Source: an uncultured bacterium (lineage in GTDB: Bacteria; Fermentibacterota; Fermentibacteria; Fermentibacterales; JCC-6). From it: a stretch of 64,000 nt of DNA. Below are positions 32,254 to 41,258 of the stretch, one piece after another. Positions within the stretch are counted from its first letter, which is position 1; every line of letters begins with the position of its first letter. Under the pieces are notes generated by a model, which worked only from the letters and a program-made list of their open reading frames with translations, had not been told where the DNA came from and searched no databases. The DNA lies in assembly GCA_964423505.1 (NCBI GenBank), contig CAYREX010000002.1, positions 24,188-88,187 on the forward strand, read 5' to 3'. Position numbers and translations under genes: made by a program.

Positions 32254-35200
32254 ATGCGCCTTCCCTCCCGGTCCGGCGACTCCATGACCGCGGACCCCGG
32301 CACGAGGGCCAGGGTGGAGGCCATCCCCCTCTTCGGAGTGGAATGGACCGCCGCCGGCAGGGCCCTCTCCGTCCTCATCTCCTCCCTGCGGGAGGATGAC
32401 GCCGAGAGGCTGTTCGAGAACATCTCCCACATGAGCGAGCCCCCGCCCATCAGCGAGGAGATGGCGGTCAACTGGTTCCTGGCGATACGGGACCTCCCCT
32501 CCTGCGCCATAGTCACGGCCATACAGGAGTTCCTGCACCTGGGCTGGACGTGGAACCAGATAGGTCCCTCGACCGGCATTTCGTTCGAGGAGCTGCTGGC
32601 CTTCCTCTACCGGGCCTTCGAGACCCTCTCGGAGAACCCGGCGGACATGGAGCTGGCCCGGGAGCTGATAAGGTGCGGCTTCACGTGGCCGGAGAGGTTC
32701 GCCTACATCCTGGACAGGATAAGGACCGGGGGAGCCCCGGTGATAAGGGCCATCGAGAGGGCACGTGAGCTCATGCCGGAGGCCTCCCCTGGCTCGATCC
32801 CGGTTCTGGTCGATTTCGCAGTGGGTATCGGCTGGTACCTGCTGGAGGAGGAGGACCTGCCGATATGGAGGCTGGTCGGCCGGAACGGCGAGCTCCTCTA
32901 CAAGCGCCTGCGGGGGCTGTCGCTCCCCCGCGAGACCCTGAGGCTGCTGGCAGGCTTCCTCGGAAGGATGGAGGAGAGCGGCCAGATGGAGAGGCTGCTG
33001 GAGTTCGCCCTCCCCAGGACGATGCTGTCGATAGTGGGAGACATGCCGGGCAACGTCATGGAGGATGCTCTCGTCAGGCTGTCCAGGGGGACCGTCGCAA
33101 TGCTCAAGCGCAAGGCGGAGAGCGAGATATGCCTGAGCATGCTCTCCTTCCGGGGCGAGCTGGACGAGCCGCTCGAGACCGGTAGGGCGCTGGCGGACGT
33201 GCTGCTGTTCGCCGGCCCCGGAGAGGAGATGGCCGACAACCTCTACGAGCTCCTCGAGATAACCGGGCACGATATGGACTCCCGGGTTGTCAGAGGGCTC
33301 GCCTCGGTGCTGGAGGAGCGAAGGGGCAGGGAGGAGTACGCCGGCCTCGGCCACGAGATACTGATGGACTTCATGAGGACGAGCTGGGAGCTCCTGGCCG
33401 GTGGCGAGGGCTACTCGCGCAAGAAGGTCCATTCCATCGGCAGGCTGATGGACGCAGTCTTCGGCTCCACCGACCCGGCCGCCTCCGTGAGGGAGCTGAA
33501 GGCCCGGGTGAGAGAGTCCGCGCACCCTCCGGAGACGCTCCTGTTCTCCTGCACAATGCTGCTCAGGGGCACGGAGAGGGAGCGGAGTACCGAGGCTCTC
33601 GAGCAGTGCGGCGCATTCGCCAACATCATCACCCTGCTGGACGCGGACTACAGGAGGAGGCTGCTGGAGGGCGACCTGCCCGCCTGGCTGGCTCCGGTCA
33701 GAGACGCCGGGCGCGAGGCGACCGAGGACATCTCCAGGTCACTTGAGCGCATATCGGAGAGGGAGCTCAGGGGCCGCTTCCTCGACAGGCTGGTCACACC
33801 CCTTCTCGTGGATTGCGACCCGACGGACCCGCTGTTCAGCGAGCTGCTCTCCTCCGGCGTGGCTACCTACAACCGCGATCTGGGGATAGAGCAGCTCAGG
33901 GAGGCGGAGACCGAGCTGCTGGGCAAGCTCTTCAGGGCGGAGGACAGGAGCAGGGCGGTCCAGGACACCATGCGGACCATCCTCAACATACCCGGGATAG
34001 AGGACCACAGGGCATCGGAGCTCATCCAGGGCACCAGGGAGCTCTGCGAGGAGCTCTCCCGGCAGGCCGTCTGGCTCGAGGAGAAGGGCAACAGGATGTT
34101 CCGCGGCTTCCTCTCCCGTGGGCTCCAGGACTTCTTCCGCGCCCTCATCGAGAACCCGGGAATGGCCGACAGGCTCACCGGCGGACTGACCGGCGAGCTG
34201 CTCGGGAAGGTAATCCAGGACGGCGAGCGGGAGAGGCAGGTCGCCAGGTGGCAGATGGCCACTCTGGTCGAGCTCTTCGGGAGGATAGTCCCGCTCTCCG
34301 CGGAGATAATGGCCGGCAGGCCGGACCTCTTCGAGGAGTACCTGCGCGAGATGGCCGGGCTCAGCGTGAGGTCGATGCACGGCGAGCCGGCCGGCCACTC
34401 ATTCCTCGGCTGGACGGTCCCGGTTCTCGAGAGACAGCTGGTTGAGGAGTTCATACGCAGGCTCGATGACGAATCCCCGCTGGACGGCATACCGGAGGGG
34501 ATAGTCCCGCAGGCCCTCTTCGACGGCTGGAGCGGCAGCCGGAACAGCGCCTTCGTGATACTCAGGGCCTGCGCATCCAGGCTCAAGCCATTCCTGGCCA
34601 GCAGGACCAGGAGGAGGATACTCGCCCGCGAGGGCAGGCGGCTCGTAGAGGGGCTCCTGGGGAGCGCCCGGGCCGACTTCCTCGAGCCGGAAGCCGAACC
34701 GGAGCTGGCGGGAACGGTATCCGAGCTGGCTGACTACGCCGCGGACACCGACCTGATAGAGGTCGTCCGCTGCATGGAGAGCGGGTTCCCGGACCCGCCT
34801 CCCCCGTGGGAGACCGCGGTCAGGGGTTTCTTCCAGCGCTTCTCCCCCCCCGAGGGCGAGAATCCCTGCCGCCACTGGAGGGAGAGGGCGCTGACCCAGC
34901 TGGACAACATCATGGTGGACGTTCTCCTCCTCTGCAGCGACATGCAGAGCCTCAAGATGATGGACTCGCTGCTGGACGAGTTCGTAGAGGTGGTCGGCTA
35001 CCTGTCGGCAAGCGACGGAGTCGACCTGCCGGTCAGCCTGGACAACCTCTCCAGGTCGCTTTCCGCCGGCCTCTCGCGCCGGGGATCGAGAGGTGTCAGG
35101 GCCGCCGGGAAGAGCCTGGAGAAGACCCTCTACACCTCTCTCTGGAGGCGGAACGCCACCCAGCTCATCAGCGCGGCGGTAGGCGGGCGGGTGCCGACCA

Positions 35201-35805
35201 GACAGCTGGTCTCGGCGCTGTTCGACAGGCTGGCTGAGGAGGACTCCGCCAGGGACAGGCTGCTTTTCACAAGGCGCTACGGAAGCGTTTTCGCAGCGGT
35301 CGAGAGCGGAGTTCTCAGCCGGAAGACCACGGAGATCAAGGCCTTCCGCTCGGTGCTCGAGCACGTCTGGGTCTTCAACGCCGCCTCGGATGCCTCCGGC
35401 TCGATGGTGGAGAACGCCCGCGAGGCAGTGGAGACCTACGTGCAGTACTTCCGTGAGGTAGGTGCGCGAACCGGTGCGGTGAGCGCTCCGGAGGCGGGGG
35501 CGATAAGCCTGGGCATGAAGCGCAGGTACAGGGACAACGCCAACACGGTGGCCACCCTGCTCAAGTGGACCCAAGACCCGGAGAGAGAGAGCCTGCTCGC
35601 CCTCGTCGAGGCGCACCAGCCCCTTCTCGAGGCGGTCAGCCGGGACGCCGAGCTGACCAGGCTGCTCGACGAGCTCTGGACCGACCCCAAGACGAAGAGG
35701 AGCATCAAGTCGATGGCCGACAGGCCCGCGGAGCTCAGGAAGAGGCTCATGAGGGCCGCGGGACGCTGGACGGAGGATGCCGACTCGGGCCTCCACTATG
35801 TCTGA
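32254..35805 (+). CDS. large (1183 aa) all-alpha hypothetical protein, no recognisable domains
   Basis: ATG 32254 after a GAGAAGGGA RBS. Leu/Glu/Arg-rich, no TM helices. Its stop overlaps the downstream asparaginase start (ATGTCTGA). Confidence 0.55.
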   Translation: MRLPSRSGDSMTADPGTRARVEAIPLFGVEWTAAGRALSVLISSLREDDAERLFENISHMSEPPPISEEMAVNWFLAIRDLPSCAIVTAIQEFLHLGWTWNQIGPSTGISFEELLAFLYRAFETLSENPADMELARELIRCGFTWPERFAYILDRIRTGGAPVIRAIERARELMPEASPGSIPVLVDFAVGIGWYLLEEEDLPIWRLVGRNGELLYKRLRGLSLPRETLRLLAGFLGRMEESGQMERLLEFALPRTMLSIVGDMPGNVMEDALVRLSRGTVAMLKRKAESEICLSMLSFRGELDEPLETGRALADVLLFAGPGEEMADNLYELLEITGHDMDSRVVRGLASVLEERRGREEYAGLGHEILMDFMRTSWELLAGGEGYSRKKVHSIGRLMDAVFGSTDPAASVRELKARVRESAHPPETLLFSCTMLLRGTERERSTEALEQCGAFANIITLLDADYRRRLLEGDLPAWLAPVRDAGREATEDISRSLERISERELRGRFLDRLVTPLLVDCDPTDPLFSELLSSGVATYNRDLGIEQLREAETELLGKLFRAEDRSRAVQDTMRTILNIPGIEDHRASELIQGTRELCEELSRQAVWLEEKGNRMFRGFLSRGLQDFFRALIENPGMADRLTGGLTGELLGKVIQDGERERQVARWQMATLVELFGRIVPLSAEIMAGRPDLFEEYLREMAGLSVRSMHGEPAGHSFLGWTVPVLERQLVEEFIRRLDDESPLDGIPEGIVPQALFDGWSGSRNSAFVILRACASRLKPFLASRTRRRILAREGRRLVEGLLGSARADFLEPEAEPELAGTVSELADYAADTDLIEVVRCMESGFPDPPPPWETAVRGFFQRFSPPEGENPCRHWRERALTQLDNIMVDVLLLCSDMQSLKMMDSLLDEFVEVVGYLSASDGVDLPVSLDNLSRSLSAGLSRRGSRGVRAAGKSLEKTLYTSLWRRNATQLISAAVGGRVPTRQLVSALFDRLAEEDSARDRLLFTRRYGSVFAAVESGVLSRKTTEIKAFRSVLEHVWVFNAASDASGSMVENAREAVETYVQYFREVGARTGAVSAPEAGAISLGMKRRYRDNANTVATLLKWTQDPERESLLALVEAHQPLLEAVSRDAELTRLLDELWTDPKTKRSIKSMADRPAELRKRLMRAAGRWTEDADSGLHYV

Positions 35806-36790
35806 CGGCTACAGACGAGTGGCCCTGGTATCGACCGGCGGCACCATCGAGATGATCAGGGGCAGCAGGGGCCTCTCCATGACCGACAGGTTCAACCCGC
35901 TACCCATAGACGGCGAGGTCGTGCCGGACGGCGTCCGGCTCTGCCATCACAAGTTCGCGAGCCTTCCGAGCCCGCACATAACGCCCGTCATGATGGGCGG
36001 GCTCTGCCGCATGCTCCGCGGGCTGACCGAGTGCGGCGACTTCGAGGGAATAGTGGTGACCCACGGCACGGACACACTGGAGGAGAGCGCGTTCCTGGCA
36101 GACTGCTCTCTCCCGGACGACGGTCCGCCGGTAGTCTTCACCGCCGCAATGCGAAGCCCCTCCGAGATGGGGGTGGACGGGCCGAGGAACCTCCGGGGCG
36201 CCATCCTGGTGGCGACGGATGCTGAAGTTCATAACTTGGGAGTTACGGTAGTGCTGAGCGACGAGATCCATGCGGCCGGCCGGGTCACCAAGACCTACAC
36301 GAGCAACGTCAGCAGCTTCAGCTCTCCGGGATACGGGCCGCTCGGCTTCGTCGACCAGGACAGGGTGCTGGTACACAGGAGACCAGCCTGGAGGCTCAGG
36401 CTCCCGCCCATGGAGCTGCGGATGGAGGCTCCCGTATCCCTTGTCAGGGTGGCCTCCGGCTTCGGCGACAGGCCGATACTGGACTGCGTGGAGAGGGGCG
36501 ATGCCGGCATCGTCGTCGAGGCCATGGGCAGGGGGAACGTCCCGCCGCCGGTGGCCGCCGCCGTCGAGACCGCGGTCAGGGAGGGGCTCACGGTATGCGT
36601 CTCGAGCAGGTGTTACATGGGGAGGGTGCTTGGCGTGTACGGCTACGAGGGGGGCGGCGCCGACCTCGAGGAGAGGGGCGCGATTATGGCAGGTGACGTC
36701 CAGGGACACAAGCTGAGGCTCTTCCTCATGGCCGCCCTCGACGCCGGGATGGACCGGGAGCGCATAGCCGAGCTGCTGGCGAAGGCCTAG
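35798..36790 (+). CDS. ansA: L-asparaginase (type I / GatD-like amidohydrolase family)
   Basis: VALVSTGGTIEM (threonine nucleophile motif), VVTHGTDTLEESAF. Confidence 0.8.
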   Translation: MSDGYRRVALVSTGGTIEMIRGSRGLSMTDRFNPLPIDGEVVPDGVRLCHHKFASLPSPHITPVMMGGLCRMLRGLTECGDFEGIVVTHGTDTLEESAFLADCSLPDDGPPVVFTAAMRSPSEMGVDGPRNLRGAILVATDAEVHNLGVTVVLSDEIHAAGRVTKTYTSNVSSFSSPGYGPLGFVDQDRVLVHRRPAWRLRLPPMELRMEAPVSLVRVASGFGDRPILDCVERGDAGIVVEAMGRGNVPPPVAAAVETAVREGLTVCVSSRCYMGRVLGVYGYEGGGADLEERGAIMAGDVQGHKLRLFLMAALDAGMDRERIAELLAKA

Positions 36791-36798
36791 GATGTTCG

Positions 36799-36828
36799 TT
36801 GACACCATGAACGCGGGAGACGTAGTGT
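36799..36828 (+). promoter_or_regulatory. sigma70-like promoter candidate for the bactofilin module
   Basis: TTGACA (36799-804), 18-nt spacer, TAGTGT (36823-28). GAAGGAG RBS and ATG 36862 follow. Confidence 0.3.
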
Positions 36829-36861
36829 ACGGCTTGCGGTGCTCCGAAGGAGCCGCCTGAC

Positions 36862-37224
36862 ATGCTCGGCAGCGGCTTCACCGCGTACTTCGTGCCGCAC
36901 GACGGCAGGAGACGTTACAGGCTGGAGTTCAGCGGGCTCAAGCTGCTGCTCCTGAGGGTTGCGCTTGCGCTCATACTCCTGGTGGTGGCCGCGGCGGTGA
37001 CCATGCTGGCATTCGGCCTGACGAGCGCAGAACGCCTGTCCGAGCTGAGGGGCTGCGTAGCCAGGCTCGAGGACTCCCTTGCGTCCTCCAGCCTCATAGA
37101 GGCCAGGCTCGAAAGGATCGAGAGCGAGCTCGAGGCCATAGGCGATACGCGGGAGACGATAGTCAACATGACCACCCTGCTCCCGGAGGCCGTCGAAGGG
37201 GACTCGCTGGTCCAGAACCGATAG
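36862..37224 (+). CDS. small membrane-anchored coiled-coil protein, hypothetical
   Basis: One TM segment (LLLLRVALALILLVVAAAVTMLAF) then a heptad-like region. GAAGGAG RBS. Confidence 0.45.
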   Translation: MLGSGFTAYFVPHDGRRRYRLEFSGLKLLLLRVALALILLVVAAAVTMLAFGLTSAERLSELRGCVARLEDSLASSSLIEARLERIESELEAIGDTRETIVNMTTLLPEAVEGDSLVQNR

Positions 37225-37237
37225 GAGGACTCTACCC

Positions 37238-37594
37238 ATGCCGAAGAGAGAGGGCTCCCAGGCGATGGACTCTATGCTCGGCTCGGGGAGCTTCTGCGAC
37301 GGTTCCCTCAAGGTCGAGGGAGGGCTGCGGATAGACGGCACCGTCGACGGAGAGGTGGAGGTAACCGGTACCCTGACAGTCGGGCGCGAGGGGGTCATCA
37401 CCGGAAACGTCAAGGTCGATACCGCCATCGTCGCCGGCCGCATCCGGGGTACCGTGCGGGCCACCAGCCAGCTCGAGCTCCAGGGCGGCTCCAGGCTGGA
37501 GGGGGACGTGTTCACGAGGTCCCTCGTCATCGAGGAGGGCGTCTTCTTCGAGGGCAACTGCAGCATGTCCGAGAGGGAGGCCGGCGAGGCCTGA
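37238..37594 (+). CDS. bactofilin (DUF583 polymer-forming cytoskeletal protein)
   Basis: Beta-helical repeats (...GSLKVEGGLRIDGTVDGEVEVTGTLTVGREGVITGNVKVDTAIVAGRIRGTV...). Confidence 0.75.
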   Translation: MPKREGSQAMDSMLGSGSFCDGSLKVEGGLRIDGTVDGEVEVTGTLTVGREGVITGNVKVDTAIVAGRIRGTVRATSQLELQGGSRLEGDVFTRSLVIEEGVFFEGNCSMSEREAGEA

Positions 37595-37595
37595 T

Positions 37596-37702
37596 TGTGG
37601 AAAATGTGGAAAAACACCGAGCATCGTGGATAACTCCATAAATTACTGTGCCGCAGGAACTTGACTGTATTACTTAAAGTAGTTTCGCAGGTTGTATCCA
37701 CA
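37596..37702. promoter_or_regulatory. AT-rich island with four DnaA boxes upstream of the V-type ATPase operon
   Basis: TGTGGAAAA x2 in direct tandem (37596-37613). CGTGGATAA (37625-33). GTATCCACA (37694-702). AT-rich spacer containing TTGACT (37661-66). Confidence 0.55.
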
Positions 37703-37791
37703 ACTTGCATTGGCAAGGAGTCATAGCCGGGAACCCGCCCGACAGGATCGGTTACCCGGCGGGCTCCGGGACCTTCGAAAGGCTGGTGTCC

Positions 37792-38130
37792 ATGTCCAGG
37801 CTCGAAGAGCTCCGAGCGGCCGAGGAGCAGGCAGCCGAGGTCCTCGAGAGGGCCAGGAGGGAGGCTCAGCGGATACGTCTCTCCATCCCCGACGCGCTGG
37901 AGGAGATGGACTCGAGGAAGGACGGCAAGCTCGCCGAGGTGGCCGACAGGGCCGACCGGGCCGTCGAGGAGGAGATGGGGCGGCTCGCCGACAGGCTCGA
38001 GGGCCGTACCCGGGAGCGGCTCGAGGAGCTGGAGGGCCATCGTGGCGACGTCGAGTCCAGGGCCGCGGAGCTCCTGGAGGCCCACCTGCTCCGAGACGGG
38101 GCCGGGGATACCGACGGAGAAGGGGACTGA
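37792..38130 (+). CDS. V/A-type ATPase small coiled-coil stator subunit (G/H-like)
   Basis: MSRLEELRAAEEQAAEVLERARREAQRIR...; charged coiled coil. Stop overlaps the atpI ATG (TGATG). Start uncertain; the track ORF begins at TTG 37705. Confidence 0.5.
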   Translation: MSRLEELRAAEEQAAEVLERARREAQRIRLSIPDALEEMDSRKDGKLAEVADRADRAVEEEMGRLADRLEGRTRERLEELEGHRGDVESRAAELLEAHLLRDGAGDTDGEGD

Positions 38131-40157
38131 TGGCGCTGGACAGCGTCCGGAAGGTCCGCATCCTCTGCCATTCCGGCAGGCGTCACGAGGTCCTGTCCGA
38201 GATCGAGTCCATGGGCAGCGTCCACGTCCTGGACCTGGGGGAGCCCGGGAGAGAAGGGCCGGAGGGTGTCCCCGGATTCCTCAGACCGGCCGAGATAGAC
38301 ACGGCAGAGCTCTCGGAGAGGCTCTCCAGCCTGGAGAGGGCGATATCCTTCCTGCAGGACCGTACAGGCGTCGAGCCGCCCTCCGTGACCGAGCTGGAGG
38401 AATCGGAGCTGGTGGCCGAGGTGGAGAACCGGGAGCTCATCGCCGACGCCAGGCGGGCATGGGTGCTGGCCGTCTCAATGACCAAGCTGGAGGGCGCCAG
38501 GAGGGAGCTGGAGCAGGAGCGCGACTTCCTCGCGGACTGGACCGGCATCCCGCTCCCGCTGGAGAGGCTGGGCGAGGGAGACTCCGTCACGCTGGCGGCC
38601 GGGACGCTCGGCGGTGACGCCGCGGAGGCAGCAGGGCTCATCGAGGCCGAGACCCCCCTCGTGCACATAGAGCGGCTGGGCTCTGACGGACCTCTGGAGC
38701 GGGTGGTGGTCTCGGTGCACCGCGAGGTCGCCCGGGACGTGCTCGGAAGGCTCGGAGAGGTCGGCTTCGTAAGGCAGGACTTCGGGGCCAGGGAGGGGCT
38801 GGTGTCCGACCTCCACTCGGAGGTCGAGAGAGAGATAGCCCTCGTGGACAGGCGGATGTCGGACCTGCATGCCAGGACCCTGCAGCTGGCGGAGGAGCTG
38901 GACCGGCTCGTTGTCCTCCGGGACGCCGCCGGTCTCCTCCTCGAGCGCATGGGCGCCGCCGGCATGTCCCTGGAGAGCAGGCACGTGAGCATGCTGGACG
39001 CATGGGTCCGGGAGCGGGACATCCCCCGGCTCCGGGAGCGACTCGAGGCGCTGGGGGAAGTGGCTGTCACCGAGGCGCCGCTCTCCGAGGGAGAGATCCC
39101 TCCATCGCCGCTCACCGAGCCCCCTGCGGCACAGCCCTACACCATGCTCACGGACATGTACGGCCAGCCCACCAGGAAGGACCCCGACCCAACTCCCATA
39201 ATGGCCCCCTTCTTCGCAGTCTTCTTCGGCATATGCATAGGAGACGCGGGGTACGGGCTGGCTCTCGCAGCCGGCTCCGCCCTGGGCTGGGCCATCGTCA
39301 GACGGAGGCACGGCAACCCGACCCTCTTCCGGCTCCTCTTCCAGGGAGGGCTGGCCAGCATTCTCGTAGGCGTCTTCCTGGGCGGGTGGTTCGGGATAGA
39401 TTTCCAGAGCCTTCCCGGCTTCCTTCAGGCCCCGGCGATGCTGCTGAACCGCCTCGTCCCGGGCTACGTGCCGGGAGGCGAGTCGGAGGGATTCTCGGTC
39501 TCGAAGCAGTTCCTCTACCTCACCCTGGCGCTCGGGCTAGTCCAGCTCACAACCGGGATAGTAGTCAACCTCTTCAAGCGCCTCAGGGCGGGAGAGGGCC
39601 TCCCCGCGGTCCTGGACCAGTCCGGCTGGCTGCTGGCCACCGCCGGCCTCTTCCCCTGGCTCTTCAACAGGTACCTGATGCCGGGGCAGCTATTCCCGGT
39701 GGACGGGCCGGTGGACCAGGCCCTGCTATACGTCCTGGCCCTGGGCGCCCTCCTGATATTCGTCATGGGGGGGAGGGAGGCCAAGGGGATAGGGCGCTTC
39801 GGCCTGGGGGCGTACGCGGTCTACGGCATAGTCAACCTCCTGGGGGACATGCTCTCCTACTCGAGGCTCTTCGCCCTGGCGCTCTCCAGCGCCATCATCG
39901 CGCAGGTGATAAACGAGATGGCGGGGATGCTGATGAGCGAGCTGGGCGTGCCGGTGGTCGGCGTTGTCCTCGCGGTGCTGGTGGTCGCCGGCGGCCACCT
40001 CTTCAACCTGCTGATGGCCTGCCTGAGCGGCTTCATCCATACCGCCAGGCTCCAGTTCGTCGAGTTCTTCGGGAAGTTCTACGACGGTACCGGCGTGCCC
40101 TTCAGGCCGCTCCGCTACCGTCCCAGGTACGTGCACATAAGGGGAAGAGGGGAATAG
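38130..40157 (+). CDS. atpI: V/A-type ATPase subunit I (a-subunit, membrane stator)
   Basis: 675 aa. N-terminal hydrophilic half. C-terminal multi-TM half with the conserved Arg-containing helix (...LSYSRLFALALSSAIIAQVINEMAG...). Confidence 0.85.
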   Translation: MALDSVRKVRILCHSGRRHEVLSEIESMGSVHVLDLGEPGREGPEGVPGFLRPAEIDTAELSERLSSLERAISFLQDRTGVEPPSVTELEESELVAEVENRELIADARRAWVLAVSMTKLEGARRELEQERDFLADWTGIPLPLERLGEGDSVTLAAGTLGGDAAEAAGLIEAETPLVHIERLGSDGPLERVVVSVHREVARDVLGRLGEVGFVRQDFGAREGLVSDLHSEVEREIALVDRRMSDLHARTLQLAEELDRLVVLRDAAGLLLERMGAAGMSLESRHVSMLDAWVRERDIPRLRERLEALGEVAVTEAPLSEGEIPPSPLTEPPAAQPYTMLTDMYGQPTRKDPDPTPIMAPFFAVFFGICIGDAGYGLALAAGSALGWAIVRRRHGNPTLFRLLFQGGLASILVGVFLGGWFGIDFQSLPGFLQAPAMLLNRLVPGYVPGGESEGFSVSKQFLYLTLALGLVQLTTGIVVNLFKRLRAGEGLPAVLDQSGWLLATAGLFPWLFNRYLMPGQLFPVDGPVDQALLYVLALGALLIFVMGGREAKGIGRFGLGAYAVYGIVNLLGDMLSYSRLFALALSSAIIAQVINEMAGMLMSELGVPVVGVVLAVLVVAGGHLFNLLMACLSGFIHTARLQFVEFFGKFYDGTGVPFRPLRYRPRYVHIRGRGE

Positions 40158-40210
40158 GGTCCCGGGGGAGCCTTTCCTGATTCTGTAGTGATCGAGAAGG
40201 GAGACAGTTC

Positions 40211-40654
40211 GTGGAACAGCTAGTCGCCTACCTTGGAATAGCCTTTGCCACCGCACTGGCTGGCATCGGCTCCGCAGTCGGCGTCGGTATAGCCGCTCAG
40301 GCGAGCACCGGCGTCATGAGCGTGGACCCGGGCAAGTTCGGTAAGCTGCTGCTGCTCTCGGCGCTCCCCGGGACGCAGGGTATCTACGGCTTCGTCATAG
40401 CCTTCCTGCTACTGGGCAAGGTCTCCGCCGAGATGGGCATGGCCACCGCCTGGTCGATTTTCGCGGCCGGCCTGCCCATTGCCCTCTCCGGGCTTCTCTC
40501 CGGCATCCATCAGGGCAAGGTCTGCGCAGGCGGCGCCATGATGACGGCCAAGCAGCCCGGCGACTCGGCCAAGTCGCTCATCCTGGCGGTCTTCGTGGAG
40601 TTCTACGCCATCCTCGGCTTCCTGGTCTCCTTCCTCATGCTGCAGGGAATCTGA
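40211..40654 (+). CDS. atpK: V/A-type ATPase proteolipid subunit K (c-ring)
   Basis: GTG start after a GAAGGGAGA RBS. Two hairpins with Gly-rich helices (LAGIGSAVGVGIAA...). Confidence 0.85.
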   Translation: MEQLVAYLGIAFATALAGIGSAVGVGIAAQASTGVMSVDPGKFGKLLLLSALPGTQGIYGFVIAFLLLGKVSAEMGMATAWSIFAAGLPIALSGLLSGIHQGKVCAGGAMMTAKQPGDSAKSLILAVFVEFYAILGFLVSFLMLQGI

Positions 40655-40666
40655 GGCGGCGCACGG

Positions 40667-41254
40667 ATGTCTGTAGAGGCGATACGGGAGAGGATACTGT
40701 CTGAGGCCGAGCGGGAGGCCGGGCAGATAGTAGCCGAGGCCGAAGAGGAGCGCCGTGCCCGCGAGGAGGAGCACGCCGCGGAGCTGAGGGAGCAGTACTC
40801 GAGGGAGCTCGAGCGACTCCAGTCCAAGGCCATGGAGAAGAGACGAATGGGCTCCACCCATGTGCACCGGGAGGCGGAGAGAAAGCTCCAGAGCGCCAGG
40901 CGGAGGATGATAGACGACGCTATCGACGGCGCGGTCGATAGGCTGGCCTCGCTGCCGGACGACCGCTACCTGCCGATAATCGGGGCGATACTCGACCGAT
41001 GCGACCTCGAGGGTGACGTGGAGGTAGTCATCTCCCCGGATGACGAGGGCAGGGTAACGCAGCGGTTCCTGGAGGGGCACTCGGACGGCGACCGGAAGCT
41101 GGTCCTCTCCGAGGAGCGGCACGACCTGGGCGGCGGAGTCATCATGAGAGCGGGCAGCATAAGCCAGAACGGGACCTTCGCCATGCTGGCGACCCTCGCC
41201 CATGACGACCTCGTAATGGCGCTGGCCGAGATGGTCCCAGTGGAGATAGGCTGA
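40667..41254 (+). CDS. atpE: V/A-type ATPase subunit E
   Basis: Charged coiled-coil N-terminus, globular C-terminus; position in operon. Confidence 0.75.
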   Translation: MSVEAIRERILSEAEREAGQIVAEAEEERRAREEEHAAELREQYSRELERLQSKAMEKRRMGSTHVHREAERKLQSARRRMIDDAIDGAVDRLASLPDDRYLPIIGAILDRCDLEGDVEVVISPDDEGRVTQRFLEGHSDGDRKLVLSEERHDLGGGVIMRAGSISQNGTFAMLATLAHDDLVMALAEMVPVEIG

Positions 41255-41258
41255 GCGG

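Noticed and set aside
37705-37791. TTG-initiated 29-aa N-terminal extension (MHWQGVIAGN...) on the first ATPase gene.
   Set aside because: It lies inside the DnaA-box/AT-rich regulatory island. The coiled-coil subunit plausibly begins at ATG 37792. The TTG start is retained only as an alternative.
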